Source: an uncultured virus (IMG/VR IMGVR_UViG_3300034061_005432)
Taxonomy: Duplodnaviria > Heunggongvirae > Uroviricota > Caudoviricetes
Reading direction: 5' to 3' (one strand)
Virus record (IMG/VR): IMGVR_UViG_3300034061_005432
Location: 1 to 64,000 of that record
Length of the DNA stretch: 64,000 nt
Position numbers and translations under genes: made by a program. This document shows, one piece after another, positions 29,134 to 39,643 of the stretch; the stretch's first letter is position 1; each line of letters starts with the position of its first letter. Under the pieces are notes generated by a model that saw only the letters and a list, made by a program, of their open reading frames with translations, ran no database searches and was not told the origin of the DNA.

Positions 29134-30114
29134 TTATTTGTTTTTATAGTAGTTTAACCAATACTCAATCATTTCATCTAACATAGATTCAAAAGTGTAT
29201 TTTGGTTTCCAACCTAAATCATTTGTTAATTTTGAAGAGTCCCCCTTAAGATTTTCAAGTTCTTCGGGCCTAAAGTGTTTCTCGTCAATAACAACATAAT
29301 CTTTATATTCTAAACCTAAAGTACTAAAGGTATACTCACATAAATCTTTTACCGTGTGTGAAACTCCTGTCGCACACACATAATCATTAGGGTTGTCCGA
29401 TTGTAACATTAACCACATAGCTTCAACATAATCTTTAGCATGACCCCAATCTCTGGATGCTTCTAAATTACCTATGTGTAATTTTTCTTGTAGACCTAAA
29501 CTGATTCTAACTGCCGCCTTAACCACTTTATTTGTTACAAAATTTGTACCTCTTCTTGGTGACTCATGGTTAAATAAAATACCATTCCATATTTTCATGT
29601 TATATGCGTTTCTATAATTTCTACAAATATTATATGAGAATACTTTGGCACAACCATAAGGTGAAACTGGATTCATCGGTGTTGTTTCTCTTTGAAGTCC
29701 ATCCTTATCTATTGAATTACCGAACATCTCGGATGAAGATGCTTGATAAATTTTAATTTCAGGATTTACAAGTTTAACCGCTTCTAAAATATTCAGAGTA
29801 CCTAACCCCGTAACATTTGCAGTGTATATCGGTTGATCGAAAGAAATTCTAACATGCGATTGTGCTGCTAAATTATAAACCTCATCGGGTTTAATTTCAC
29901 TAATAACTCTTATTAGTGATGATAAATCCGTTAAGTCTGCGTAATGCAATATTAATTTGTCAAATACATTATCCAAACGAGAAGTTTGATTTTCAGAAAC
30001 AGAGTTTCTTTTTAATGTGCCATGCACTTCATATCCTTTTTCTAATAATAACTCAGATAAGTAAGATCCGTCCTGACCATTTATACCTGTTATTAATGCA
30101 ATCTTTTTACTCAT
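29134..30114 (-). CDS. gmd: GDP-mannose 4,6-dehydratase
   Basis: ALITGINGQDGSYL, YNLAAQSHV, QASSSEMFG, SPYGCAK, LFNHESPRRG, RDWGHAKDYV. Confidence 0.95.
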   Translation of the reverse strand: MSKKIALITGINGQDGSYLSELLLEKGYEVHGTLKRNSVSENQTSRLDNVFDKLILHYADLTDLSSLIRVISEIKPDEVYNLAAQSHVRISFDQPIYTANVTGLGTLNILEAVKLVNPEIKIYQASSSEMFGNSIDKDGLQRETTPMNPVSPYGCAKVFSYNICRNYRNAYNMKIWNGILFNHESPRRGTNFVTNKVVKAAVRISLGLQEKLHIGNLEASRDWGHAKDYVEAMWLMLQSDNPNDYVCATGVSHTVKDLCEYTFSTLGLEYKDYVVIDEKHFRPEELENLKGDSSKLTNDLGWKPKYTFESMLDEMIEYWLNYYKNK

Positions 30115-31261
30115 TATTTACTATGTTTGAAATTAAATTTATTTGTTCTGATGTTAGATCCTGATGGTTTGGTATATAAAACCCATACTCATTGATCAAT
30201 TGACAATTAGGTAAATTAACCTCACCATAATTTTTAATCCACATAGGTTTTTTTGACATATCACCAGCAATTAAAGGCCTAACTTCAATATTATCCTTAA
30301 TAAGTTTTTCGATGATTTTTAATCTATTTTTATTTACAATGGGATATGCAAAATTAGAAATAAAGTCTGTTGGTCTATCTGTTATATTCAGTTGGTTGAC
30401 ATTTATTGAAGATTTATACAATTGAAAATTTTTGTTCCTTTTTTCAGTATAGTCATCTAATTTATCTATTGCTCTTAACCCAATAAACGCTTGTAGATCC
30501 GTTGATCTTAGATTAAATCCTGGTAAATAAAATGTATATAGTGAATCAAATTCGCTAATTTTATTTTCGTTTCGTAATTTATTTTGGATTCTTTTTGGTA
30601 GGTCTCTATCCCAACCATGACTTCTCATCATCAATAATGAATAATAAAAATCTTCGTCGTCCGTATTAATAAACCCACCCTCTATTGTACTTAAATGATG
30701 TCCAAAATACATCGAAAAAAATGATGCAAAGCCAAAAGACCCGAGGTATTTTTCATTATACTTTGATCCCATGCTCTCGCATACATCCTCCAGTAGGATC
30801 ACATTGTATTTCTCACATAGGTCAAGAACTTTTTTCATATCAGGAACTAAACCTAATGGTGAGACTAAAATGAATGTAGATGGGTTATGTTGAATAAACA
30901 ATTTTTCCAAGTGATCTAAATCACAAGAAAGATCCTCAAGATTACAATCACATAAAATTGGTTCCATACCTAATATCATAGGTGAACTAACATCGGTTGC
31001 CCAACTTAACCCTGGTACAATTACTTTATTATTTTTTAATTTGTTGGTGTGTTGTAAAGCCGCTAACGCTAAAAGAATTGCGGAGGAACCTGAATTAAGA
31101 TAAACCGAATATTTGGTTCCTATTTTTTTCGCCCATTTAGATTCTAATTCCCAAGTTAGATCTCCTTTTGTTAGTCTCGGAATCTCGTCTTGTCCTAACC
31201 ACTCAATTAAAGAATTTATATCTTCTTTATTGATAGTGTCACTTACTAATTTTATACTCAT
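30107..31261 (-). CDS. colD: PLP-dependent DegT-family enzyme, ColD-like GDP-4-keto-6-deoxymannose 3-dehydratase
   Basis: NSGSSA, LLEDVCESMG, and SMYFGHHLSTIEGG with His at the usual Schiff-base Lys position; RSHGW, GFNLRSTD. Confidence 0.75.
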   Translation of the reverse strand: MSIKLVSDTINKEDINSLIEWLGQDEIPRLTKGDLTWELESKWAKKIGTKYSVYLNSGSSAILLALAALQHTNKLKNNKVIVPGLSWATDVSSPMILGMEPILCDCNLEDLSCDLDHLEKLFIQHNPSTFILVSPLGLVPDMKKVLDLCEKYNVILLEDVCESMGSKYNEKYLGSFGFASFFSMYFGHHLSTIEGGFINTDDEDFYYSLLMMRSHGWDRDLPKRIQNKLRNENKISEFDSLYTFYLPGFNLRSTDLQAFIGLRAIDKLDDYTEKRNKNFQLYKSSINVNQLNITDRPTDFISNFAYPIVNKNRLKIIEKLIKDNIEVRPLIAGDMSKKPMWIKNYGEVNLPNCQLINEYGFYIPNHQDLTSEQINLISNIVNNE

Positions 31262-31267
31262 AATGTC

Positions 31268-32194
31268 TTATTTTCTTAATTTATCGTAGTTTTGAATAAA
31301 CCAATCTATTGTTGTTTTAATTCCATCCGATAATGTCGTAAATTCAAAATTCGAAGGTGCGTCCGAAATTGCAGGTTTCCTCAATTGACCCGTCGGTTTT
31401 GTGTTATCAAACAGTATATCATCTTTCGAAATATTGAAGTTTTCACAAATTAAATTAGATATTTCCAAAACTGAGTGCTCATTCGGATTTACCGCCATAA
31501 AGGGATAGTCACTTTTCCAATTATCTAATGACCATAAAATTAATTTTGCTAAATCATCAGAATGAATTACTTGTCTTAATTGTGAACCATCGCCCCATAT
31601 TATCATTTTTTCTTTATTTTTTTTTGATTCATACGCTCTATGGATCATAGCTGGAATCATATGTCCACCAAATAAGTTGAAGTTATCGTGTATTCCGTAT
31701 ACATTCGTAGGTACAACTGAAACCCAATTAGATTTAAGAACCTTTTTAATAGTGTTTGTTTCGTATCCTGCTAATCTTTTAGCGTAAGCATAACCTTCGT
31801 TTGATGGATGAGGTTTACCCTTGTCAACATCCTGAGGTTTCATTGGAAACTCTATGTTTTTCTCAGGAAATATACAAGTCGAAAGTAAATTCACAAAGTT
31901 GGGAACTTCATTTCTAAATGAAGTCTCCATCACATTATTGTTTATTACGAAATTATCTATAAAAAATCCTTTATTATCGGATAGGTTTGCTTGAACACCT
32001 CCGACTTTTGCGGCACAATGAATTATTGTATCCACATTACTATGTTTTACATGATAAGAAAAATAATCATGAGTTTTTTTATAGTCTAAAAGATCCACCT
32101 CTTCTTTTGTATGGTACACATGATCGTCACCTAGTTGTTTTCTTAATGCCGAACCAACTAACCCATTAGACCCTGTAATTAATATCCTACCCAT
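31268..32194 (-). CDS. GDP-L-fucose synthase/ColC-like epimerase-reductase
   Basis: ITGSNGLVG, HCAAKVGG, LSTCIFP, HPSNEGYAYAKR, PTNVYG.HDNF, WGDGSQLR. Confidence 0.88.
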   Translation of the reverse strand: MGRILITGSNGLVGSALRKQLGDDHVYHTKEEVDLLDYKKTHDYFSYHVKHSNVDTIIHCAAKVGGVQANLSDNKGFFIDNFVINNNVMETSFRNEVPNFVNLLSTCIFPEKNIEFPMKPQDVDKGKPHPSNEGYAYAKRLAGYETNTIKKVLKSNWVSVVPTNVYGIHDNFNLFGGHMIPAMIHRAYESKKNKEKMIIWGDGSQLRQVIHSDDLAKLILWSLDNWKSDYPFMAVNPNEHSVLEISNLICENFNISKDDILFDNTKPTGQLRKPAISDAPSNFEFTTLSDGIKTTIDWFIQNYDKLRK

Positions 32195-32213
32195 TTTTTG
32201 TTTTTTATTAAGT

Positions 32214-32978
32214 TTATATATCAATACCGTTAAAATATGTATTGAAGTTATTTTCCCATATTCTTGGTATGGGGGTATTATTTAATTTCATTAATTTAGT
32301 ATGTGATAAAACCATGTTCTTGTTTAGAAATCCCGCAGAAATACTAAAAGTACTTGACCCCACTATTAATATATCAGAAGTCACCATCTTTATAAAGTCA
32401 CCCATAAATTTTCCACCCGAATCAGAAGTATAATACTCAATTCTTGGGTCACTCAATTGGATTCCCGACTCACCCCAGCTGAAGATTTTTATTTTGCAAT
32501 CAGATTCTTTTTCCAAAATAAATTCTATCAACTTTTGATATGTTTCACTTTCTATCCATCTATAAGGTTTGTCTTCCTCAAAAATATCTTCACCACGCCT
32601 GATGTGTATCGATATAGTACGGGTTTGGTCCCCTCCAAAGTTAAAGGTATGTGAGGATTTAATTTTTTCTAAAAAGTTTTCTGTAAAATAATTTTCAGAA
32701 CCTTCATTATAAATTAAATCATGACAGAATGGTTTAACCGTACAATCTAAATCCTCAGTTTTAGAAATATCAATATTATTAATAATAGAAAATACAAACT
32801 CATTAGATCTAATTAAATCTTCGTTAAGAAAATTTTTTGAACTAAGTAGTTTTATGTTTTGAATAGGGGAGTGTTTATACGGTATTTTGTGTTTGTCGCA
32901 GTATGCTAAACCTGATATTATACTAAATAGTTGCGATCCGAACCCGTCTTCACCTCTACTAATTGTCAAACATTTCAT
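32214..32978 (-). CDS. GT11-like (fucosyl/colitosyl) transferase
   Basis: DGFGSQL, SIHIRRGE, SSTFS. Confidence 0.65.
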   Translation of the reverse strand: MKCLTISRGEDGFGSQLFSIISGLAYCDKHKIPYKHSPIQNIKLLSSKNFLNEDLIRSNEFVFSIINNIDISKTEDLDCTVKPFCHDLIYNEGSENYFTENFLEKIKSSHTFNFGGDQTRTISIHIRRGEDIFEEDKPYRWIESETYQKLIEFILEKESDCKIKIFSWGESGIQLSDPRIEYYTSDSGGKFMGDFIKMVTSDILIVGSSTFSISAGFLNKNMVLSHTKLMKLNNTPIPRIWENNFNTYFNGIDI

Positions 32979-33059
32979 ATTTTACTGTATATTTTTTTAT
33001 TTCAAAATAACATATAAACCCCATAAAATAAACACAAGTATTATCTATTTGACTTAGAG

Positions 33060-33890
33060 TTATTGAATTATGTTTACTAACCTTGCGAACGAACTTTTAG
33101 GGTTGAAATGTTTAAAGTTACTTTTTGACAGTAATACCATATCTATGTATGCGTCAATAGTAGCGTCTAAAGGTGTTACAACATTACAAGAATAGTTTGA
33201 ATTAATATCAGATTTGTAAACATTATTTTTTTGGGGTCTCACTTTGATCATTGGGTATTTTACAATTATATTTTTTTCCCAATCGGGGTCGTCGGAACAA
33301 AAAAATATATTATTACCATTTCTTAGTTCTTCATCTATTATAGGAAAGTACGATTCAAGTTTTTCATTTATGAAATCTGTACCTCTTGCGTGGATTCCTA
33401 CTGTGTCTTTATTTATTTCTAAATAACTTTGTAAATCATTTATTTTATCAATTATTTCTTTTTTAGGTTTTAACTTAAAAAAATTTTCTTTGACGGTTTC
33501 TTTATCGACATGACCAATAAGATCGTTAAAAAAAACAATAGTGTTTTGGTGACTGAGATTATTAATATTAAATAAATGTACGGGTTTAGGAAAACTTCTT
33601 TTACTCATATTCAAAAGAGAGTCTATGGAGTTAATTTTGAATTCATATTCTGACGCAATTAATCCACCCTCACTACCATGAAAATTTTCAACATCAACTA
33701 AATTATCTAATTCGGTAAAACTAAGTGACCCGATATTTTTATTTTCAAAAATATCTTGAAAATCACACATTAATCTCATGGTTTTTGGCCAAACCAACTT
33801 AATATTATAATCAAAAATGTTTTTTATGTTTAAAAACGGGCTTAACCTATTACCCAAACCTCCCGAACAATAAAATATCAGATTACTCAT
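33060..33890 (-). CDS. fucosyltransferase-like protein (GT11/GT23/NodZ-type)
   Basis: GGLGNRL, GIHARGTD, FFCSDD, DMVLLSK, SSF. Confidence 0.65.
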   Translation of the reverse strand: MSNLIFYCSGGLGNRLSPFLNIKNIFDYNIKLVWPKTMRLMCDFQDIFENKNIGSLSFTELDNLVDVENFHGSEGGLIASEYEFKINSIDSLLNMSKRSFPKPVHLFNINNLSHQNTIVFFNDLIGHVDKETVKENFFKLKPKKEIIDKINDLQSYLEINKDTVGIHARGTDFINEKLESYFPIIDEELRNGNNIFFCSDDPDWEKNIIVKYPMIKVRPQKNNVYKSDINSNYSCNVVTPLDATIDAYIDMVLLSKSNFKHFNPKSSFARLVNIIQ

Positions 33891-33899
33891 TATAAAAAA

Positions 33900-34544
33900 C
33901 TATCTAGGGTCGTACCCCCATTTTGATATAAAATATCTTGTGTTATGTCCCACAATACTGTCTGATCTATCCCCATTGGCGTACATCTCAGTACCATGAT
34001 TAACCATAGTACCATTTGACCCATCAAAAGATACATAGTTCTCCTTATTGAGTCTATTACCTAAATCCTGATCTTCATGACCATAGTGACCATCAAAATT
34101 ATTATCAAAGAGACCGATTTCGTCAATAACCTTTTTTCTAATACCTAAATTTGCGGTACTAAACCATCCGGATGCTAAATCACCATTTGGAAATCTAATT
34201 TTTCCCTTACAAACATCAGATGTATTCAATACATCAACATGAGATTGTACAAAATTACTATCCACAGGAATACAATCGTCGTCTAATAAAATTATGAACG
34301 GAGAAACACATAAAGAAACCGATTCATTGAATCTGGCGACTCTATGGTACCCATCATCTTTGTTCCAAATATATTTTGTAATGATCGGATGGTCGTTGGG
34401 GTTTATAATTGTTTTATTTCCGTCATCGTTAACTATTAGATTAAAATCCGTGTTGGTTTGTTTGGATAATATATCTAAGGTCTCTATTAACCTATCATTT
34501 CTATTGTAGGTTGTAATGCAAATATCGACAGTTTTAATTTTCAT
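33900..34544 (-). CDS. glycosyltransferase family 2
   Basis: ITTYNR, VNDDG, LLDDD, GLFDNNFDGHYGHEDQDL. Confidence 0.85.
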   Translation of the reverse strand: MKIKTVDICITTYNRNDRLIETLDILSKQTNTDFNLIVNDDGNKTIINPNDHPIITKYIWNKDDGYHRVARFNESVSLCVSPFIILLDDDCIPVDSNFVQSHVDVLNTSDVCKGKIRFPNGDLASGWFSTANLGIRKKVIDEIGLFDNNFDGHYGHEDQDLGNRLNKENYVSFDGSNGTMVNHGTEMYANGDRSDSIVGHNTRYFISKWGYDPR

Positions 34545-35869
34545 TAGAATCCTATTTTTTCATTTTCCGTAAATGGAAAGTTATATTTTTTTAAATAATA
34601 ATAAAGAACTGACTTATAATGTGAATTCTTTAATTCAGGTTTCAACCAAAGAAATTCTTGCACAACCTCTAAGTCTAAAAAGGGGTACCTTGATTCAATT
34701 CCATATGAACCAGCAACATACTCTTCTTTCGCCAAATAAGATTCCATCGAACTATTAAAAAAACTTGGCCAAGGAAAAACGCTTTTTAAATCTTCAGGAA
34801 AAAGTCCACCAAAATTACTGTGGTTATATTTCTTAATACCACCAAAACCATAATCTGAAAAAATTTCATCAGCACCTTGTCCAGACAATAGAATTTTTTT
34901 TCCATCTTTAATTGCGTTACTACAAACATGTGATAAATGTTTTGCACCATTATCATCAATTAAAGATAACCAATATTCGTTGTAATCACTTGAGTTTGAA
35001 TAGGTAACAAATTTAAATGTTTCTGTATTATTTTTTATATAATTGTATGCAACATTGATCTCATCAGTGTTTTTAGTTAGAGATTGTTGCTCATTATTAT
35101 TTAGTAATGAAAATCTCTGATTAAGAATATTTGAGTTTTCTGTGCCGATTACGGTATATGATTTGAATTTTACATTTTGGTTTAGTAATTCACAACAAAT
35201 AGCCCCACTATCATAACCACCACTAAGACCTATAAATATTTTTTCTCTAATTCCGTTAGTTCTTTTTTTAATTGATTTCTCAAACGCACTAACCCAATCC
35301 TCAAAAGTATCTTTGTTTTGGTTCGACACATCAAAATTATGAACTAATCTTTTTTCCAATGGAGTCCTTGTTTTTAGGTCGACAATCAAAGTTGTGTTTG
35401 GATCCATCTTTAAGATGTTTGTGTATCCTAATTTTTTTAAAGGGTCACTATATGATGATGTTGCGATACCGTCAGTTAAAGAATAAAAAATTGGTTTAGT
35501 TTTAAATGTATCTGTTGATATTATTACTATGTTTTTATTGAAATCTACTAAAGTTATAGCAAATTCTCCATCTAGTTTTTTTATGAAGTTGTATCCGTCT
35601 TTAATGTATAGAGGTATTAGACATTCCCCATCTGAATTGTAATCACCAAATTCTTTATAGTTATATATTTCACCATTATAAAGACAAATTATGTTGTCTT
35701 GTACAAATGGCTGTGTTTTAAATTCTCCGGTTATACTCAATAAGTTGTGTAGAAATGAATATCCGTTTTTAACAAAAACATTTGTATTGTCAGGACCTCT
35801 AAACTTATTAAAGAAATTAACATAATCTACATCTGAGATTTCTTTGTTTGTGAAAATAAAACTACACAT
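34544..35869 (-). CDS. asparagine synthetase-like glutamine amidotransferase
   Basis: N-terminal Cys2 (MCSF), RGPD, YNGEIYN, LSGGYDS, SGQGADEIF, RYPFLD. Confidence 0.85.
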   Translation of the reverse strand: MCSFIFTNKEISDVDYVNFFNKFRGPDNTNVFVKNGYSFLHNLLSITGEFKTQPFVQDNIICLYNGEIYNYKEFGDYNSDGECLIPLYIKDGYNFIKKLDGEFAITLVDFNKNIVIISTDTFKTKPIFYSLTDGIATSSYSDPLKKLGYTNILKMDPNTTLIVDLKTRTPLEKRLVHNFDVSNQNKDTFEDWVSAFEKSIKKRTNGIREKIFIGLSGGYDSGAICCELLNQNVKFKSYTVIGTENSNILNQRFSLLNNNEQQSLTKNTDEINVAYNYIKNNTETFKFVTYSNSSDYNEYWLSLIDDNGAKHLSHVCSNAIKDGKKILLSGQGADEIFSDYGFGGIKKYNHSNFGGLFPEDLKSVFPWPSFFNSSMESYLAKEEYVAGSYGIESRYPFLDLEVVQEFLWLKPELKNSHYKSVLYYYLKKYNFPFTENEKIGF

Positions 35870-35871
35870 AT

Positions 35872-36543
35872 TTATTGACCTTTGATTCTTACTTGAGGCA
35901 TTATCGGATTTTTTCCTAACCCACCATTAGAAAACCCCGGTAAAATTTTAATGTCAACACCTGTTTTCCAAATAACAAATGGCATACTTATCTGATCTCT
36001 TGATGAATATCTAGAAATTTGATCCCACCATCTCAAATTTAATTTTTGTACATTATGAGTATTTTTTCTAATACTTACAGGTAATTCAAACAATCCGTAA
36101 TTTTCGGGGAACCCTTGAGATCTATAGTAATTTAGTTGATTGTCGACTAAATTAATATGATCATATTTAAGTCTTTTTATTTCTTCTCCTTCTTGATAAG
36201 CACAATTTCTAGATGTGTGGACCCAAAGACCTATTTCTGAATCTCCCATGTAATTTTTTATAACTTCAGAGGGATCCATGATAAGGTCGTGAGTGGTATC
36301 CATCCAAAACCAATAATCATAGTTAGGAAAAAAAAGATTAGGCAGTACCTTATATATTTTAGCATTTCTCCTCGACTTATATTCTTCATCTAAAGAAAAA
36401 TCAATGTGAGGAATTTGTTTCCATATCTTGCAGTCGTGTTGCCTGTCAACAAATGCAAAATAATCAACCCCATCAAACTCGATTTCAGGATCCCTCAATG
36501 GGTTAGGTAATCCTATATGTGATGTTATAACTGCTATTTTCAT
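35872..36543 (-). CDS. DUF616 (TOD1/MUCI70-like) glycosyltransferase
   Basis: KVLPNLFFPNYDYWFWMD, H..RNCAYQE, RDQISMPF. Confidence 0.7.
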   Translation of the reverse strand: MKIAVITSHIGLPNPLRDPEIEFDGVDYFAFVDRQHDCKIWKQIPHIDFSLDEEYKSRRNAKIYKVLPNLFFPNYDYWFWMDTTHDLIMDPSEVIKNYMGDSEIGLWVHTSRNCAYQEGEEIKRLKYDHINLVDNQLNYYRSQGFPENYGLFELPVSIRKNTHNVQKLNLRWWDQISRYSSRDQISMPFVIWKTGVDIKILPGFSNGGLGKNPIMPQVRIKGQ

Positions 36544-37439
36544 AAAGTTTTTTTATATTTTTTCACCCAAGATATTACATTACCTTTAGGAATCCACCCC
36601 AACTTGTTTTTAATTTTACTGTTGTCTGCCAAAGTGATATAAGGTTCTAACCTTTGTTCATTGTAAACTTTTTCTGATTCAAATAAATCTGCAATTTCGT
36701 TAATACTATAATTGTCACCGTTACCGACATTAAATACATCACCGTTGAAAGATTCTTCATATACTCCGGCTAAATAATTTGCTTCGACAACATCCCCAAC
36801 ATATGTAAAGTCTCTTTTTTGCTCACCATCGTTGGTTATTGTTAAATGTTTAGATTGTTTATATTGATTAGCAAAGATACCAATCACAGTACAATAAGCC
36901 CCTTCATCTAACATACCTTCACCATAAACATTGAAATATCTAAGAGATACCGTATCTAAATTGTAGACTTCGGAAAAAAGTTTACAGTATTGCTCTCCAA
37001 TAAATTTTTGTAATCCATAAGGACTCATTGGGTTGGGGTTTGCAGTTTCAGGTGTTGGGAATATGTTAGTATCACCATAGACACTACTTGATGCTGAATA
37101 AATAACTCGTTTTACTTTTGACCTATGTGACGCAACTAAAATTCTCAATGTTGAATCTACATTCGCCCTATTAAAAGAAATTGGGTCTACAATCGAAGGT
37201 TGTACCCTTGCTTTGGCTGCAGTGTGGTACACCAAATCAACACCTTCCAAATAATTGACTAAAGTTTCCATATCAATTTCTGAAACATCGGATTTTATAA
37301 ATTCACAGTTATTTGGGATATTTTCTAATTTACCCGTGCTCAAGTCATCAATTACCAATACTTGATGACCTAAACTTAAAAACTTTTTTACGATATGGTG
37401 ACCAATAAATCCTGCACCACCTACTACACATACTTTCAT
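36540..37439 (-). CDS. NAD-dependent nucleotide-sugar epimerase/dehydratase
   Basis: GGAGFIG, DDLSTG, SASSSVYG, SPYGLQK, LRYFNVYG, RDFTYV. Confidence 0.9.
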   Translation of the reverse strand: MKVCVVGGAGFIGHHIVKKFLSLGHQVLVIDDLSTGKLENIPNNCEFIKSDVSEIDMETLVNYLEGVDLVYHTAAKARVQPSIVDPISFNRANVDSTLRILVASHRSKVKRVIYSASSSVYGDTNIFPTPETANPNPMSPYGLQKFIGEQYCKLFSEVYNLDTVSLRYFNVYGEGMLDEGAYCTVIGIFANQYKQSKHLTITNDGEQKRDFTYVGDVVEANYLAGVYEESFNGDVFNVGNGDNYSINEIADLFESEKVYNEQRLEPYITLADNSKIKNKLGWIPKGNVISWVKKYKKTL

Positions 37440-37451
37440 TTTAAAAAATTT

Positions 37452-38234
37452 TTATATTACAATCCATTTTGTGGGATAAATGTCCTTGGTTTGTAAATGT
37501 TTATTTATTGGTCCAAACCAATCGGATGGACATATAACTTTTTTATCTTCATTTTTATTTAACCACGCTCCCCACCAACTGAATGTTGAATTTGCAATTA
37601 TGTTATGATAACACATTGACATTAAATATAGATTTTCAAAATCAGTGTCCCCTTCTATGAAATGGGTATTTTTAAGGAAACTAAAATTTTCTTTACACCA
37701 TTCTATATCATCTGAAAATATCAAATACTCACAACCCTCACCAATAATATTAGTTGCTTTTTCATAATAGTCAATTGGTTGTACCGTGTGGGAATCGCTC
37801 AACCTCACATAATCCCCCCTCCTTATGTGAATTGAGCAAGTTTTTTTTTGGAGTAAGTGGAAATATTTTGTAGTTAACTTATTTTCAATTTCATTGGTAG
37901 CTGAGAACAAATTTAAAATCTCATTCCTATAAACATTAAAATATTTTTCAGATTGGAAATATCCGTATAACATGATGTTGTTATGTGCATTAGGTATTTC
38001 ATTATAATGAAAACGGGGTTCATGGTATAACTGAATATCTGAGGGTATTGACCCAAATTCTATTCTGCTAAAAATATTATTAAAATAATTGTTTATTGGT
38101 TTATGTGATCCGTGAGATACAACTTTTGGACAGATAAACTTTTTAGAATCCCTTAAAGATGTTGCATATGCCGCTGCGATTTGAAATAGACAGTTACCTA
38201 ATCCCCCCATTAAATTTGTACTAATAATATTCAT
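37452..38234 (-). CDS. alpha-1,2-fucosyl/colitosyltransferase (GT11)
   Basis: GGLGNCLFQ, GYFQSEKYF, SIHIRRGDY, FSDDIEWC, IIANSTFSWWGAWL. Confidence 0.9.
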   Translation of the reverse strand: MNIISTNLMGGLGNCLFQIAAAYATSLRDSKKFICPKVVSHGSHKPINNYFNNIFSRIEFGSIPSDIQLYHEPRFHYNEIPNAHNNIMLYGYFQSEKYFNVYRNEILNLFSATNEIENKLTTKYFHLLQKKTCSIHIRRGDYVRLSDSHTVQPIDYYEKATNIIGEGCEYLIFSDDIEWCKENFSFLKNTHFIEGDTDFENLYLMSMCYHNIIANSTFSWWGAWLNKNEDKKVICPSDWFGPINKHLQTKDIYPTKWIVI

Positions 38235-38929
38235 TATATGATATTATATTTTTTTATGACATAGTTTATCTCATCATTAATGTCTAACCTATAGTTGGAA
38301 CTAATTTGATTTTCATGTAATCTATTCGTAATAAGAGTTTCGGGTATTATTGCGGGTAATCCGTATTTAGTGTAAAAATTATAATAAATCTCACAATCCA
38401 TGAGCATCACTAGATTATCATCAAAAAGAATGTTAGAATCTTTTCTAAAAGACAAAACGGACGGGGAACTTATTGTGTTTATCCCTCTATATATTGAGTC
38501 ATTCCAACTTGGGACCATGTAATTCCAATACTTACTGTTATTAGAATCTGTGTGATTACACCCATTGACAACCCACATTACATTATCTTCGAATTTAGAA
38601 GAGATCATTTCTAATGATTTATTGTTAAATAAAAAATCGTCTTGGAACATCACCTTAATAATTTTCCCTTTTGAATGTTTGATTGAGTTGTTGGTGTTGG
38701 ATGGGCTATTACCAATTTTTTCTTGGTTAGTGACATAAACTATATTAATATCAGAAGAGTACTTTTTAACCACATCCTGTATTAGGTTAGTTGTACTGTG
38801 GTCCGAAATCACAACTTCAAAGTCTTGGAGTGTTTGAGTTTTAATTGTGTCGAGCAATTTAGACAAATAAACCCCCCCAAAACCATTTTGCTCCCATGTG
38901 GGTATACAAATTGAAAATAAAGGACTCAT
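38234..38929 (-). CDS. glycosyltransferase family 2
   Basis: FSICIPT, EVVISDHS, MFQDD. Confidence 0.8.
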   Translation of the reverse strand: MSPLFSICIPTWEQNGFGGVYLSKLLDTIKTQTLQDFEVVISDHSTTNLIQDVVKKYSSDINIVYVTNQEKIGNSPSNTNNSIKHSKGKIIKVMFQDDFLFNNKSLEMISSKFEDNVMWVVNGCNHTDSNNSKYWNYMVPSWNDSIYRGINTISSPSVLSFRKDSNILFDDNLVMLMDCEIYYNFYTKYGLPAIIPETLITNRLHENQISSNYRLDINDEINYVIKKYNII

Positions 38930-39639
38930 AACAATTTATATGGTTTCATATTTCTAATTTTATCGGCAATTTCGTTTACCAACTTAAGATCGACTTTATG
39001 ATCATTTATGGGATTTTGTTCGTTATATACATAATTTACATCAGTCATGAATCTATATCTATTTTCTCCGGACATTTCAAGCATCGGGTACATAAAAGAT
39101 AAATCACCTGTAACTTTCCAAAATTCACCATTCTCATCTTTCAGATCAGATTGATCAATTTTTCTCCATAGGAAAGCTCTCCAAGTTCTGATATGAGATG
39201 CAGTAAATCTTACATTCCTAAGATTATCAAAATTTGTTTGTTTTGAAGAAAAACCGGGTTGACCTGTAGAGTATTTAAAACTTCCATTAGCTATCCACAC
39301 ATTTGGGTTTGAGTAAACATTATATATTCTTTCCAAGGCTTTTGAATCAGGTAACCAATCATCTCCGTCTACTTCTACAATTATTTCGTTGTCTTGAATG
39401 TTTGGGTTGTTTCTAATTACTTGGTCGTAGTTTCCTGGCTGATACATCTTTTTTTCATTTTTAATTAAAAGGAATCTATCGTCACCTTTAATCATGTTTT
39501 CAACTTTAGAGACACTGTTGTCTGTAGAGATGTCATCTGTTATATAACATTTAAAATCTGTATGTGTTTGACCCATAATCGAACCAATACACCTTTCAAT
39601 ATAATTTTCAGCATTAAATAAAGTAGTTACAATTACCAT
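38926..39639 (-). CDS. glycosyltransferase family 2
   Basis: FNAENYIERCI.S, TDDISTD, VDGDDWL. Confidence 0.85.
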   Translation of the reverse strand: MVIVTTLFNAENYIERCIGSIMGQTHTDFKCYITDDISTDNSVSKVENMIKGDDRFLLIKNEKKMYQPGNYDQVIRNNPNIQDNEIIVEVDGDDWLPDSKALERIYNVYSNPNVWIANGSFKYSTGQPGFSSKQTNFDNLRNVRFTASHIRTWRAFLWRKIDQSDLKDENGEFWKVTGDLSFMYPMLEMSGENRYRFMTDVNYVYNEQNPINDHKVDLKLVNEIADKIRNMKPYKLL

Positions 39640-39643
39640 AAGT

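Noticed and set aside
30107..31261. Perosamine synthase (aminotransferase) call
   Set aside because: The Schiff-base Lys position is His, which favours a ColD-type dehydratase.
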